This document shows positions 13,941-27,245 of a stretch of DNA of 64,000 nt, in pieces. The DNA is taken from contig NC_043009.1 of NCBI RefSeq assembly GCF_006345805.1, forward strand, positions 39,804,001-39,868,000, read 5' to 3'. A model generated the notes under the pieces. The model was given only the letters and a program-made list of their open reading frames with translations, was not told where the DNA came from and did not search any database. Source of the DNA: Octopus sinensis. Lineage: Eukaryota. Position 1 is the first letter of the stretch; every line of letters starts with the position of its first letter. A program made the position numbers and the translations under genes.

Positions 13941-14130
13941 TGTGATATTTTTGGTGCTTTTTAATAAAGTATATTACTCTACCTCTGGTATTCGAGTACT
14001 ATTTCTTCCACCTAGTTTCGCATTTATGTGCTTACTCTGGTGTAACTCCTTTCTTAGAAAGTGTGAACGACTCTCCACATGCAGGAAGAAGAAATATATA
14101 TATATATATATATATATGTGTGTATGTATG

Positions 14131-14164
<34 letters not shown>

Positions 14165-14556
14165 TGTATGTATGTATGTATGTATGTATGTATGTATGTA
14201 TGTATGTATGTATATATCTATCTATCTATCTATCTCTCTCTCTCTATATATATATATATGTATTTGTATATATTCATACGTATATTTTATATGTGTGACG
14301 GTTGACGTAGCGTCAACGATTGGAATGAACATAAGTTCATTTTATACATAGACTCCATCATTGTAATTCCTGGATTTTCAGGACGACACTCACGTTATAT
14401 TCCTGTCTTAAACTCGTTGTCTATTGATAACTATGCACCAAATGGAGAGCTAAGTGTTAGCTCTTTCTGATTTTTTTAAAAGCAATATTCTTTACGTTTG
14501 TATGTATATGTATGTGCGTCTAAATTCGTATATATATATATGTACATATATATATT

Positions 14557-14587
<31 letters not shown>

Positions 14588-15449
14588 AACTAGTGGATCC
14601 ACTCGCTGGCTGTAGTAACTGGATCTGTTATGTCAAACGAACTATATAATATGCCATTTCTGAATGGCTTCTCCGGTGATTTATAAATGACTTTCGTATA
14701 ATTTTACTTTCCATTAGTGTTTAATCATAGAGAAAACTAAATTAACAGTGACATGGCTCTAACGTAAGATATTCAAATTAACATAGCCTTCATCTATCTA
14801 GCAGTACACGATTCCTTCTTTGCCACCTTATCTCAATTAAGTCTACTTAATCTGGAAGTGTCCAACATATTTTCGCAGCGCCAGTCATGAAATATCACCC
14901 CTGTAATCATGGTCTATTCTGAATCTTTTGAATTACTCAAATAAGCAGTATCTAGTCAATATTCCTATCTAGAAAATTAAGGACATAATAACAATAATTA
15001 GTGAAAACTAGTCACCAGTGCACCATACTTAACGTATAAATGTATCATTGAAAGATAGGATGCTGTAGTTTGTCTAAGAGACATTTCTGCACAGACATGT
15101 TTTAAAAACGAAACGCACACACATATACACAAACACTGCAACCTATGCAGTAGATATATAAACAGTAATAATTTAACCATTTCCCCGTAGATCGAAAAAA
15201 AATGAACAACTCTATGCGGTTTTCGAACCTCATTCTGTTCTTATCAATTGATTGTACATCAATTTGACCAACCCCAAAGAAGTAAGTAGCCAAACTGTTA
15301 ATATACTCAACAGTTAAAGTAGATAGTGAAAACTGGAGCTACCAGTTTGCTTACAGTAAGCATTAACACTTTATTTAGTAGCAGGGGCATTTTATTGAGG
15401 TTCTCCGTCCATACAGTATCAAGGTATGATATGATATATGTAACCTATG

Positions 15450-15785
15450 TGAAGAGCCCCTATCTGTCATGAATGCCTATGGAATTGCACCTAGAAAGTT
15501 CTCTTCCGAGACACATGTCCTAGCAATGTTGTTTATGGAAAAATAGCACCACCCATGCGTAGCAGCCTTCCTTCTCCACGGCATCGATGTTATCCAAGGG
15601 AAAGGCAAAGGTCGATACAGATTGGCACCAGTGATATCACAACTCATTCCTACAGCTGAGTAAACTGAAACAACGTGAAATAAAGTATCTTGCTCAGGAA
15701 CACAACACAGACCCGGGTCCGGGAATTGAATTCACTATCACATAATTATGATCCCGACGCTCTAAACTCTAAGCCATGCTCCTTC
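15450..15785 (-). mobile_element. tRNA-head SINE (family C)
   Basis: Shares its ~200-bp 3' part with 26610-26805. Degenerate tRNA-like head near 15715-15785. Confidence 0.7.
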
Positions 15786-15804
15786 TTTTAACTTGAAAAT
15801 ACCC

Positions 15805-16010
15805 TCTTCCTAGAATTGAGGGGGTTTCATGGCAAAGAATTCATCAAGGTATCTTTTTACGTCATCGAAGGAGTTGAAATTTTTACCATTAAGACTATTC
15901 TGCAGAGACCTGAATAAGTGGAAATCCGAAGCAGCAATATCTGGTGAATATGGAGGGTGAGGTAACACATCCCAGCCGAGCTGCAGCAATTTTTGTCTGG
16001 TTCCCAAAGT
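15805..16010 (-). pseudogene. mariner transposase C-terminal fragment
   Basis: LGWDVLPHPPYSPDIAASDFHLFRSLQNSLNGKNF contains the mariner YSPD motif. Confidence 0.9.
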
Positions 16011-18039
16011 ATCAAGTGCCGACAATGAACTTTCTTATCTTCCATTTTAAAGGCTTAGAGAATTAACACAGGTTATAGGATCATAAACTTTCTTCCACAA
16101 AAAGATAGCTTAAACTGTGCTCTAAATGGGGATGTAGTCAAATCCTATTTTATGGACTCAACCGTGTTCTAAAATATTTTGAAAGGTAAGCTACTATAAA
16201 TCGACACGAACGTTCCGGACAACCCAATAGAAGAATACTGAAGCGCTTCATTCTGTAGAACTAGCTGCAAATGTTAGCTATGGTGTCAGAATTAACAAGT
16301 GTAAAAGAGCCTCGAAGAAGTGTGTTGAATTCACGTAGGATGGCTTGGAAATAACGCTGATGCAACAAACATGGATCAAAGAGAAATAATGTATGCTGAG
16401 GTAACTTATAAACTGAAAATAATTTTATTCAATCATGAATATCATATATAAATATTAAACAAATTCCCCTTCATACGTAGAACATAAACATATATCAGAG
16501 AAACACATGTTCATTGTATTTCAATTATGTGCAGAGACATTCGGATGTTTGTTGATATATTCCGCAAGGTTGATTTTAATTAGAGAAGATTGTTAGTTCA
16601 GAGTTTTTGTCCGCTTGCGTCGAAGCATTCGGAACAAATCTAACGCCGTAGAATATAAATTCAAATTGTAACGGCACGTGACCAGCTGAAATTGAGCATT
16701 AGATTTTAATTTGGATTGACACATTGTCTTCGCGTAATGATCTGAACTAGATCATTATTATTTAATTGTATTTGGCACATTGTCCGCACGATTTATTCGG
16801 ATAGACCTTTGCCTTTTTTTTTTAATTCCTCACTTTCCTTTTCTTTTTCTTTTTTTCGCTTTACGTGTGTAATTACTCAAGGCTGTTTTTGAGAAAATAC
16901 AAAAATAAATAAATACATTAAGCACTCTAAATGAATTTTTTTTTTTTTTCTTTTTAGAAGTATTTTGTTCCTCGTGGGAAGAATTGGTCGGGGGTAACAC
17001 TACACTCTAATTAAAGATATGCCACAAAATTTGATCGATAGAATTCGAAATACACGGGTCAGAAGATGTCATATCGGACATCGTGTAAGTTACACCGATA
17101 AGAATCGATGTTGAGCTGGGCGCCACATTAGTTAAACATAGTTTTTTTTTTTTTAATCAATGCTATCAATAAAACAACAAATCATTCAACTGAAGTGATA
17201 CTGATTACACAAGATACTACATTACCCTGTTGTGTACACAACATCAACAACGGAATACAGCTTTCTAGTACAGCGTAATACAGCGCAAAATTATCCTGTT
17301 ACGGCAGATTCTCAATTCGTAATTGAAACCGCTTCTCTTTTCTTTTACCTTCTCTCTCTCTTCCTCCCTCCCTTTTTCTCCATTTCTCTTCCCCCTTTTC
17401 TCTTTCTCTCTCTCTCTCTCTTTGTCTCTCTTCTATTTATAACGTTTTGATCATTCATTTGCTTATATTTGTAAATTAGTTAAAATTTAGATTTTCCAAG
17501 ATTTTCTGTTTCTTTTATCGATTCCTCATTTAAAAAAAAAATTTAAAGTTTTTTATCTTTACTTTTATCTTTTCAATGTTTATATATTTCTAGCTGCATC
17601 GAACTCTCTCATGCACGAAATGGCAGTTGCTAAAAAGCATTCGTGAAGTAAAATCATGTAGCAACACCAAATGGCGGTGCCCCAGCATGGCCACAGCTCG
17701 TGAGCTGAAACTAGATAAAATAATAAAATAAAAAATAAATACATGAGAAACGTTTCGAACATATTATTTAAGTAGCAGGTATATATACATACGTACACAT
17801 ACTTACACTAAGACACATACGCATGTGTATATATGCTCGAAACATAAAGGACTTTTCCATTTCCCCCGAGGGTTAAACTGATACTCTGTCTTCGTCTTTA
17901 GGTTTCTGTAAATTTGAACTACACACACACACACACACACTCACACACACACACTCATATAGACATAAGTACATGAGTAAATATATCTATCTCTCTTTAT
18001 CTCTCTTTGTATCTATCTATCTATCTATATATATATATA

Positions 18040-18342
18040 CATATATAAATTAGAGGAATAGCCACCAAGGTGGATTCCTAATATGCTAGAAGACGCCAAA
18101 TAGTCTTATCACAAGGAAGATGTTCTCAAAAGTTTTAGCAAACGCCAGAGTGTATGCGAGCAAAATAAATGAAAGGAGACAAAATAGAGCAATTAACTCC
18201 ATACCTTAAGATGATGCTATCAATGATCACTAACGTGATCATCGGTAGATCTTCAGTGAAGTCGTTGCAGTGAAGACGATTTGGCGTCTTCTTCTAGCAT
18301 ATTAGGAATCCGCCTTGGTGGCTATTCCTCTCATTTATATAT
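18040..18342. repeat. Fold-back/MITE-like element, ~68-bp arms
   Basis: Approximate arms 18040-18107 and 18273-18342, in TA-rich flanks. Confidence 0.85.
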
Positions 18343-18445
18343 GTAATATAATTCATAGTCTTCGGACATTTTTTTTATTTATGCTAGGCCACTGGTTTAA
18401 ATTGGTGTTAATTGATAATATCAATTCTACCCTCATTATTTAACT

Positions 18446-18479
<34 letters not shown>

Positions 18480-18653
18480 GTGTGCGCGCGTGTGTGGATA
18501 CACATACACGGAAGCTTTGGTTGTCAAATTCACGATCACAACGTCGTGGGTTCGATTCATAGGTCGGCTAGATTGTTGTTTTTTGAGCAAGGCACGTTAC
18601 TTATTGTAGGTGTTTACTCTGCTGAAAATGAATACTAACCTAGCATTGGTGCT

Positions 18654-18727
<74 letters not shown>

Positions 18728-19167
18728 ATTCTCGTCTCATCTCTCTCTCTCTCACTCACTCACTCTCTTACTTTGTCTCTCACTTCATCCAGGTAACGCT
18801 AGATTAAAGTTGAGAACGCGGAGAATATATTTACGTCCCGTGGAAAAGTCAACATGGTCATACTCGTTCAACATAATGTACTACATCGATATACGCAGAT
18901 GCAGAGAGAAGTGCGTTCTACAAGTCCACTCATTCGTATATACGTACTTATACATACATGCTCACACACACTCACACTCACGTATAGACACTGAAAAAAA
19001 AAAGAAAACTTACACATATAAAAATCAATTTAAATTTAAATTGTACAATAGATTTTCAGGTTTTAGAGCTCCATGTGTGTTCTTGAAAATCTAAACGAAA
19101 ACTAAGGAATAATCGTATTTAGTCTGAATTCTATTTGTTGGCCAACTGTTAGATAGGGCACACATAT

Positions 19168-19217
<50 letters not shown>

Positions 19218-19220
19218 ACA

Positions 19221-19487
19221 TATACAACGAGCTTCTTTCAGTTTCCATCTGCCAAATCACTCACAAGGCTTTGATCAGCCCGAGGCTATAGTAAAAGAAA
19301 ACTGCCGAAAGTGCCACGCAGTGGGACTGAACCCGGAATCATGTCGTCGAGAGGATTCCGACATGATTCCAGATTCAGTCCTACTGCGTAGCACTTTCGG
19401 CAGTTTTCTTTTACTATAGCCTCGGGCTGACCAAAGCCTTGTGAGTGAATTTGGCAGATGGAAACTGAAATGAAAAGAAGCTCGTTG

Positions 19488-19491
<4 letters not shown>
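19221..19491. repeat. Inverted duplication of a SINE family B head
   Basis: Arms 19221-19346 and 19359-19491 with a 12-nt loop. The arms differ by substitutions and one indel. Confidence 0.9.
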
Positions 19492-19540
<49 letters not shown>

Positions 19541-19541
19541 T

Positions 19542-19595
<54 letters not shown>

Positions 19596-19941
19596 CTGTG
19601 TGTGTGGTGTGTGGTGTGTGTGTTGTTGTGTGTGTGCGTGTTTATGTGAGTGTGTCTTTGTATCTGCGTTTGACCCCTACTATCGCGTGACAACTAATGT
19701 TGGTGCGTTCACGTCCCCGTAAATCAACGGTTCGGCAAAAGAGACCGAATGAAGAAGTACCTGGCTTACAAAGAAAAAGTCCTGGGGTTGGTTTCTTCGA
19801 CAAAAATACCCTTTTGATGCGGTGCTCCAGCATGGCCACTGTCAAATGAGTGAAACAAGTAACAAGAATAAAAGAATACATATATTTAGACACAAGTAAA
19901 CACACGCACACATACTTAGAATCTTCGAGTCGAATGTTTGC

Positions 19942-19989
<48 letters not shown>

Positions 19990-20697
19990 CGCATTTATTT
20001 GATATAATCAATGAAGGCACGTGACTTTAGTGGTTAGGGTACTCGACTCATGATCGTAAGATTGTGGTTTTCATTAAGTACCAGAATTTAAACAAGTATG
20101 TTCAAGGGTCGATTTGTTCGACTAAACCACCCAAAGCGGTGCTCCAGCATGGCCGCAGTTCACTGACTGAAACAAGTAAAAGATCAAAGATACATATGCG
20201 ACGAGCTTCTTCCAGTTTCCCTATACCAAATCCATTCACAAGGATTTGGTCGGCGACGAAGATATAGCAGAAGACACTAGCCAAAGGTACCGCGCAGAGG
20301 AACTGAGTTAAGAAGCAAAACTCTTTACTACACGGTCACGCCTGTGCATATATTTATATACATGTGTGTGTGTGTGTGTGTGTGTATGTGTGTGTGTGTG
20401 TGTGTGTATTTGTCCTCATCCACGTTTATTTCTGTTTATTTCCCCGTAAATTAACACTTCGAAAAAACAGACCACTAGATCAAGTACCAAACTTTAAACA
20501 GATAAGTACAAGCGTCGATTTGTTCGCGATGCTCCAGCATGGCTTGTTTCAGTCAATAATCTGAAACAAATAAAAAATAAAGCATGAAGCAACCAAGAAG
20601 TCTGAGATTTTTTTTCGTCAGCAATCGAAGAGAACTGATTATCTAATTTCCTCCACAAGAATAATTCTATCTTTATTCTTTATCTACCTATCAATAT

Positions 20698-20730
<33 letters not shown>

Positions 20731-20773
20731 ATATGTGGTGGTGTGTGTGTGGTGTGGTGTGTGTAATTTTTGT

Positions 20774-20810
<37 letters not shown>

Positions 20811-21327
20811 GGTGTATGTATGTATGTATATATAAATATATATATTATCATTTAGGGTAGGCCAAAATTCAGTAAAAATTTATCGCTACCAGCGGCCTAA
20901 TGAAAAGAGAAAATAGTCAAAGACTAAATATGTATAAATATAACAATTTAGGAATGGCCTAAAAGGCCATTCGTCCACCAGAAAGAAGCCAGTATCCAAC
21001 TCAACCCAAGTAGTGAATTCGGAAATAAGTGAAAATTAAAAAACATTTACCCTAATGGCCTGTTTGGCCATTCCTAAATTGTTATATATACATATTTAGT
21101 CTTTGACTATTTTCTCTTTTCCTTCGGCCGCTGGTAGCGATCAATTTTTTACTGAATTTTTTGCTACCCTAATTTATTAATTGATAATTTTCTGACTAAT
21201 TCTGAGATTGAATCGGCATTTATATTTGTCTGCGATAAGTTTGGCGCGAATGCGTCGGTCTTGAAAATTTTAAGACAGATATTCCGAGGCATTGAGACAT
21301 CGCCTCGTTATATCCGTCTCTCCAGTT

Positions 21328-21423
21328 GCTTTACTGATGAAGTGTGACCTATGGTAGACTACTTAATTTAATTTAATTAAGTGGTCATCATAAAGACACT
21401 GAAACGATGCATCGTATAAAAGA
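21328..21423 (+). ncRNA. Type I hammerhead ribozyme (array 1, copy 1)
   Basis: CUUUA-CUGAUGA(21334-40)-AGUGU...ACACU-GAAA(21401-04)-CGAUGCAUCG-UA(cleavage after 21416)-UAAAAG. Stem II is extended by a ~12-bp hairpin. Confidence 0.9.
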
Positions 21424-21788
21424 TGAATTAGGGTAATGTTTTTAAATTTTCCCTATTTCCATTACACTACGTGGCGGTTGGAGTTCTGGCTGCTCTTTCT
21501 GGTGGACGAATGCCTGTTAGGCCATTCCTAAATTGTTATATTTATACATATTTAGTCTTTGACTATTTTCTCTTTTCCATTAGGGCGCTGGTAGCGATAA
21601 ATTTTTACTGCATTTTTTGCTACCCTAAATTGATTAATTGAAATTTTAACTAATTGTCTGGAGATTGAATCGGCAGTTTATATGTGCTGCCGTAAGTTTG
21701 GCGGCGAATGCGTCGGTCTTGAAATTTTAAGACAGATATTCCCGAGGCATTGATACAGTCGCCTCGTGTATATCGGTCTCTCCAGGTT

Positions 21789-21889
21789 TCTTTTCTGATT
21801 GAAGTGTGACCTATGGTAGACTAGCTTAATTTAATTTAATTAAGCTGGTCTATCATTAAGACACTGAAACTATTGCATCGTATAAAAGA
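21789..21889 (+). ncRNA. Type I HHR (array 1, copy 2; indels in core)
   Basis: UCUUUU-CUGAUUGA-AGUGU...ACACU-GAAAC..GCAUCG-UA-UAAAAGA. Confidence 0.7.
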
Positions 21890-22011
21890 TGAATTAGGTG
21901 TAAATGTTTTTAAATTTTCATTCACCTTATTTCCGAATTACACTATTGGCGGTTGGAGTTATGGCTGCTCTTTCTGTGTGACGAATGGCTGTTAGGCCAT
22001 TCCTAAATTGT

Positions 22012-22054
<43 letters not shown>

Positions 22055-23034
22055 AACTTCAGAAAAAAAAGTTTATTTTTAAATCCTTCTACCTACCGAT
22101 TACAATTTTAATAGTATAATATTAAGATACCAATCTTCATGCTCAAAATATAGCGACATTCTATAAGATTCTCTATATGTAAAACGTGGAGTTAGGAATC
22201 GTTAACTGACACGTAATCATGATAAAAACAAAGACACTTGAAATGAAACCAAACATGGCCCTCACGAAGATTCAGCGAGACACCAGACATAATATCCGTT
22301 TTAGAAATCTTTTGATAGTCATCATACCATCTGCTTGTCTGAAATAGTTATAATTTTCTTTTTTGTTTTGTCTTCCTTTAATTCAATTTTTTTTGTTTGT
22401 TTTTAGTTAGTCATCTTTGGCGCCGTGGTTAAGGTCACGTAGCAGTTTAATTACAATTTGATGATGTCTTTGATATTGTGAGAAACTTCTCACTTTATGA
22501 TATGTGAGGTAAATTCTGAAATCACTTTCTCCTAAAAGAAGAAAAAAAATTAACTTCAAAATTATTTTAGGTTGCTGAAAACACGAAAAAAAAAAAAAGA
22601 AAAAACATGCACAGACATAGCTGTGTGGATAAAAAAGTTCTTTTGACAACCACGTCTTTTCGGGTTCAATCTCGTTGCGCGGTATCTCGAGCAGATGTCT
22701 TCTGCTATAACCTCGGGCTAACCCAATACTTTGTGAGTAAATTTTATAAATGAAAATTGTGAAGAAGCTCCTCGCACACACACACGCACACACACACACA
22801 CACACACACCACACAAACATACATACATGCACAAGGGTACCTGCCAGTTCTCTGCTTTCTTTACTCAAATAATATTATCAACATAACTAAAGCAGTCAGC
22901 TGGGAGAATCATTGGGTAAAATTTTAACCGGCATTTCGTCCGCTAAGCACCTTTTCGCACAAAGAATTTTGCCAGCTCGACGGCTTTAATAATGGCTTCA
23001 AATTTTCGCACAACGCCTGAAATTTCTCGGGAGA

Positions 23035-23803
23035 GGAGTAATCGATTGCATCGATCCCTCCATATTTTATTGACCACGAAAGGGATAAAAGGCAAAGTCG
23101 ATCTCGGCTGAATAATTTTCTCAGAACGTAGCGTCGCGCGAAATACCGCTAAACATTTAGCCCGCATCCTAACGAATCTGCTACCTCGCCGCCTTTAATA
23201 GTCCTTTCTGCTATAAGTACAAGGCCCGAAATTTTGAGGGACGAGACTAGACGATTAAATCGACCCCAGTGTTTCACTGATACTTAATATATCGACCACC
23301 GAGAGGATCAAAGACAAAGTCGACCTCAGCGGAATTTGAACTCAGAACGTAGCGGCAGATAAAATACCCATTTCTTTACTACCCACAAAGGGCTAAACAC
23401 AAAGAGGACAAACAAGGACAGACAAACGGTTTAAGTTGATTACATCGATCTCAGTGCATGACTGGTACTTAATTTATCGATCCCCCCCCCCCCGAAAGGA
23501 TGAAAGGCAAAGTCGATCTCGGCAGAATTTGAACTCAGAACGTAACGGTGGACGAAATACCTATTTCTTTACTACCCACAAGGAGCTAAACACAGAAGGG
23601 ACAAACAAGGACAGACAAACGGATTAAGTCGATTATGTCTACCCCAGTGTGTAACTGGTACTTAATTTATCGACCCCGAAAGGATGAAAGGCATAGTTGA
23701 CCTGGGCGACCTGGGCGGAATTTGAACTCAGAACGTAACCGCAGACGAAATACTGCTAAGCATTTCGTCCGGCATGCTAACGATTCTGCCAGCTCACCGC
23801 CTT
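23035..23803 (-). mobile_element. SINE family A concatemer cluster
   Basis: Repeated gaaaggatgaaaggcaaagtcgacctc..ggaatttgaactcagaacgta modules. The head gccagctcaccgcctt lies at ~23790. Confidence 0.85.
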
Positions 23804-24791
23804 AACGACGCCTTAAATAATAACAGCTAGTACGTAGATGGACGTCTGTCGGTCTTACATTGCAGTAAAATCTGTTATATTTGTCGACCAGTAACTGTGT
23901 GTGTATGAGTGTTTCGTGTGTTGTGTGTGTAAAGGAGTGAGGGGGAGTGCCGTTACTTAGGCTCACCAACTGTCACGTGTCAACAAACAGTCTATTTGGC
24001 GGCTGTATGGCTACCCTTTGGTGGAGGTACGATCCATCCATTGCCACTTACTAATCTAGATATGTGTCAAAGGAAAGGAAGCATTCATATATTCATGTCG
24101 ACAGTTGTTTTTAAATGGGCGTTGAGTGAAAGGGCAGCCAGTGGCCTAATTAGTCACTGTTCGGGGTCAGCGGATGGGAGTGTGAGGAGGGGTCTACAAA
24201 GGCAGTTTCTTGCTCATGTCAGTAAGTATGTTATTGTAACATTCCACACTTAACTGTTGCTTTCTTTTAATTTTCTCGTCCCATCCTATAATTTGTTAAG
24301 ATTTCGTGTTCATTTTATCTTTTAGTTTCTCTGTTATCGTTTGTGATAGTTTATTCATACGTTTAGTTCAATTCCCAGGTTGCTACGCTTCTTTTCTTTT
24401 GCTCTTTTCTAGCGATCGTTTTGTCTTTTACCATCAATTTCCGAGGATGGTAGACTGTGTGTGTGTGTATGTGAGTGAGAGTGAGAGAGAGAATAAGAGA
24501 GAAATTGAAAGAGAGAGGGAGAGAGAGATACGCACATACATATACACACGTATTTGCATATTTGAGTATGTATGAAATATATGTGTGTGTGTTTATATAT
24601 ATGTTATATGTGAATGTGTGTGTGTGATTTATTCATACGTGCATATACAAACTCAAGTAAACGCACACACATACACACACACATACACACACACACACAC
24701 AAGCACACACACAAGGTAATTCAGTAAGAATCAAAACAAAAGGACCGGTCAAACACCGAATGCAGTGTGACATGTTTTGACAAATAAATTC

Positions 24792-24960
24792 GCGCAGGCA
24801 TGTCTGTGTGTTAAGAAGGTTACTTTCAAATCACATGATCCCAACTTTATTCACGATCGTGGGACCTTGGGCAAGTATCTTCTATGATAGTTTTGGGGCG
24901 AGCAAAGCCTTGGGGGTGGATTTAAAAGACGGAAACTGAAGGAAGCCCACCGTATATATT

Positions 24961-24991
<31 letters not shown>

Positions 24992-25175
24992 TTATTTCTG
25001 TTTATCTCCACCACCACCACCTGATAAGTGGTGTTGGTTTGTTTACGTCCAGTTAGGGAAAAAGACCATTAAAGTAAGTACCGGGCTTAAAAAAGGTAAT
25101 GGGGTCGAGTCGTTCGATTAAAAACTCTTCAAGACGGTGCCCATCATGGCCGCAGTCACATAACTGTAACAACTA
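24792..25175 (+). mobile_element. SINE family B (tRNA head, CORE-like ccttgggcaagt, internal microsatellite)
   Basis: Similar to 47673-48085 and 48176-48650. Confidence 0.75.
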
Positions 25176-25201
25176 ATATATGTATGTTATGCGTGTGTCT
25201 G

Positions 25202-25233
<32 letters not shown>

Positions 25234-25472
25234 ATCATTCTTTTACTTGTTTCAGTCATTTGACTGCAGCCATGCTGGAACACCACCTTTCAGGGTTTAA
25301 GTCGAACAAATCGACCCCAAGCCCAGTACTTATTCTAACCAACTCTTTTGCCGATCTGCTAAGTTACGAGGAAGTAAACACAACACCGGTTGTCAAGCGG
25401 TGATTGAGAACAAACACATGCACAAAGACACACACACACACACACACACACACACCACACACACATCACACA

Positions 25473-25516
<44 letters not shown>

Positions 25517-25676
25517 AATAGATGAATGAACTATCCTTTTTTTAACATTAACATAGAACATTCAATAATCAGTTACCAGAGTAGCAAAATTCACGCAAGT
25601 AACAAGGATGTAGCGACCTATTCAAAGGTAGAAACTCCGGGTTAATATGCAGTAATTTGTATAGTATAAGTAAATA

Positions 25677-25813
25677 AATGGAGTTGAACGCAGGTGTTAT
25701 TCGTATTCTTTTACTTTCGGCATAAAGTAAAAGATTGGAATAAAACCAATTTTGTCTTCGAAACATATGTCGAAAGTAAAAGAATATGAATAACACCTGC
25801 GTTCAACTCCATT
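25677..25813 (+). ncRNA. 3' half of a type I HHR enclosed by a 43-bp inverted repeat
   Basis: GAAA(25760)-CAUAUG-UC(25771)-GAAAG. Arms 25677-25719 and 25771-25813 match at 42/43. No CUGANGA present. Confidence 0.55.
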
Positions 25814-25896
25814 GCCGGTTTAGTCGCCGACGACCCGACCATGCAACAGGTTGTACTGGGTTACATGTTACCAGTAGCACTCGAAAGTGACCTGAC

Positions 25897-25930
<34 letters not shown>

Positions 25931-26066
25931 GTTTCGAAGACAACATTGGTTTTATTCCAATATTTTACTTTATGCCGTTTATTGGTAAAAACGGTAAGAT
26001 AACAAAAGAAAGAAAGATACCTCAATATTATGTAAATAGAGGAATATGTCTGTAAATGTAATATGC

Positions 26067-26178
26067 GACAATTATTCGGTAGCCAAGATAAAACGGCCAG
26101 ATAACTGAAAAGATGGTGGTGTGGATTTCCACCGTAATCCGAAACTCAGAGTTTTATCTTGGCTACCGAATAATTGTC
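26067..26178 (+). ncRNA. Degenerate type I HHR within a perfect 28-bp inverted repeat
   Basis: GCCAGAUAA-CUGAAAAGA...GAAA-CUC-A-GAG-UU-UUAUCUUGGC. Arms 26067-26094 and 26151-26178. Confidence 0.6.
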
Positions 26179-26220
26179 ACCACACATATATATATATAAT
26201 ATATATTATATATATATAAT

Positions 26221-26251
<31 letters not shown>

Positions 26252-26425
26252 GTAATTATATATATATATATATATATATACATTATATATAGATTATTAT
26301 TATTATATATATTAGATTATATATATATAAGTAGACAAATGAATTATCTTATTACGGATAATTCGAAAGATGACCGATACCTGGGTAGCAAACTCACAAC
26401 AGAAGTTGGAGAATTAAGTCCTGGT

Positions 26426-26507
26426 TTTTCCTGAAGAGAAGCTGCATAATGGACTCCTTATTCCTTCGGAATTAGGGATTTTGCAGACTTCGAACATATG
26501 TCGAAAA
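26426..26507 (+). ncRNA. Type I HHR with long stem II (one A missing in GAAA)
   Basis: UUUUC-CUGAAGA-GAAGCUGCA...UGCAGACUUC-GAA-CAUAUG-UC-GAAAA. Confidence 0.7.
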
Positions 26508-26561
26508 TAAAATAAAGGAAATTGTTAAATCTTCGTTCAGCTCCATTCTTTCCTATACTTA

Positions 26562-26609
<48 letters not shown>

Positions 26610-26611
<2 letters not shown>

Positions 26612-27118
26612 GACCCCCTTCGGTCATGAATGACCATGGGATTGCACCTAGAAAGTTATCCTCCGAGTCACAAGTCTGGACAAGGTTGTTTATGGAAGAC
26701 AAGCAGTCGCCCATGCATACCAGCCTCCCTCTCCACGCCACCGATGTTATCCAAGGGAAAGGCAAGGACCGATACAACTTGGCACCAGTGACATCGCAGC
26801 TCATTTATTAACGTGCAAGTGGCAGAGTACTCCACAGACACGTGTACCCATAACGTAGTCCTCTGGGAGATTCAGCGTGACACAGAGTGTGAAAAGGCTG
26901 GCCCTTTGAAATACAGTTACAACAGAAAAAGGAGGAACGGGTGAGAGAAAGTTGTGATGATAGAGTACAGCATGGTTCACCCCCCCCCCCTGCCGGAGCT
27001 TCGTGGAGCTTTAGGTGTTTTCGCTCAATAAACACTCACAGTGACAAGTCTGGGAATCGAAACCGCGATCCTACGACCGCGAGTCCGCTGCCCTAACCAC
27101 TGGGACATTGCGCCTCCA
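26610..27118 (-). mobile_element. tRNA-head SINE (family C), possibly composite
   Basis: The head ggaggcgcaatgtcccagtggttagggcagcggactcgcggtcgtaggatcgcggtttcgattccc has A/B-box-like motifs. The tail is shared with 15450-15640. Confidence 0.75.
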
Positions 27119-27245
27119 CACACACACATACACATATATATACATACGTAAAATATAAGGTAGTGAGTTTTTTTAGAAATTTCACTACCATTGGCCTAGC
27201 ATGTATAAAAAGTCAATAGACAACATATTCTCAATATAAAATAGA

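Larger units (their letters stand above)
20851..22015 (+). mobile_element. Retrozyme-like tandem array 1 (~455-475 bp unit, ~2 copies) with 5' inverted partial copy
   Basis: ggccattcctaaattg recurs at 21066, 21520 and 21995. 20851-21060 is an inverted copy of unit sequence. One HHR per unit. TA-rich flanks. Confidence 0.8.

Noticed and set aside
16259-16399. AG...GT-bounded candidate exon
   Set aside because: Stops in all three frames.
27045-27118. tRNA gene
   Set aside because: It is a SINE head continuing into a repeat body; I cannot fold a full cloverleaf.
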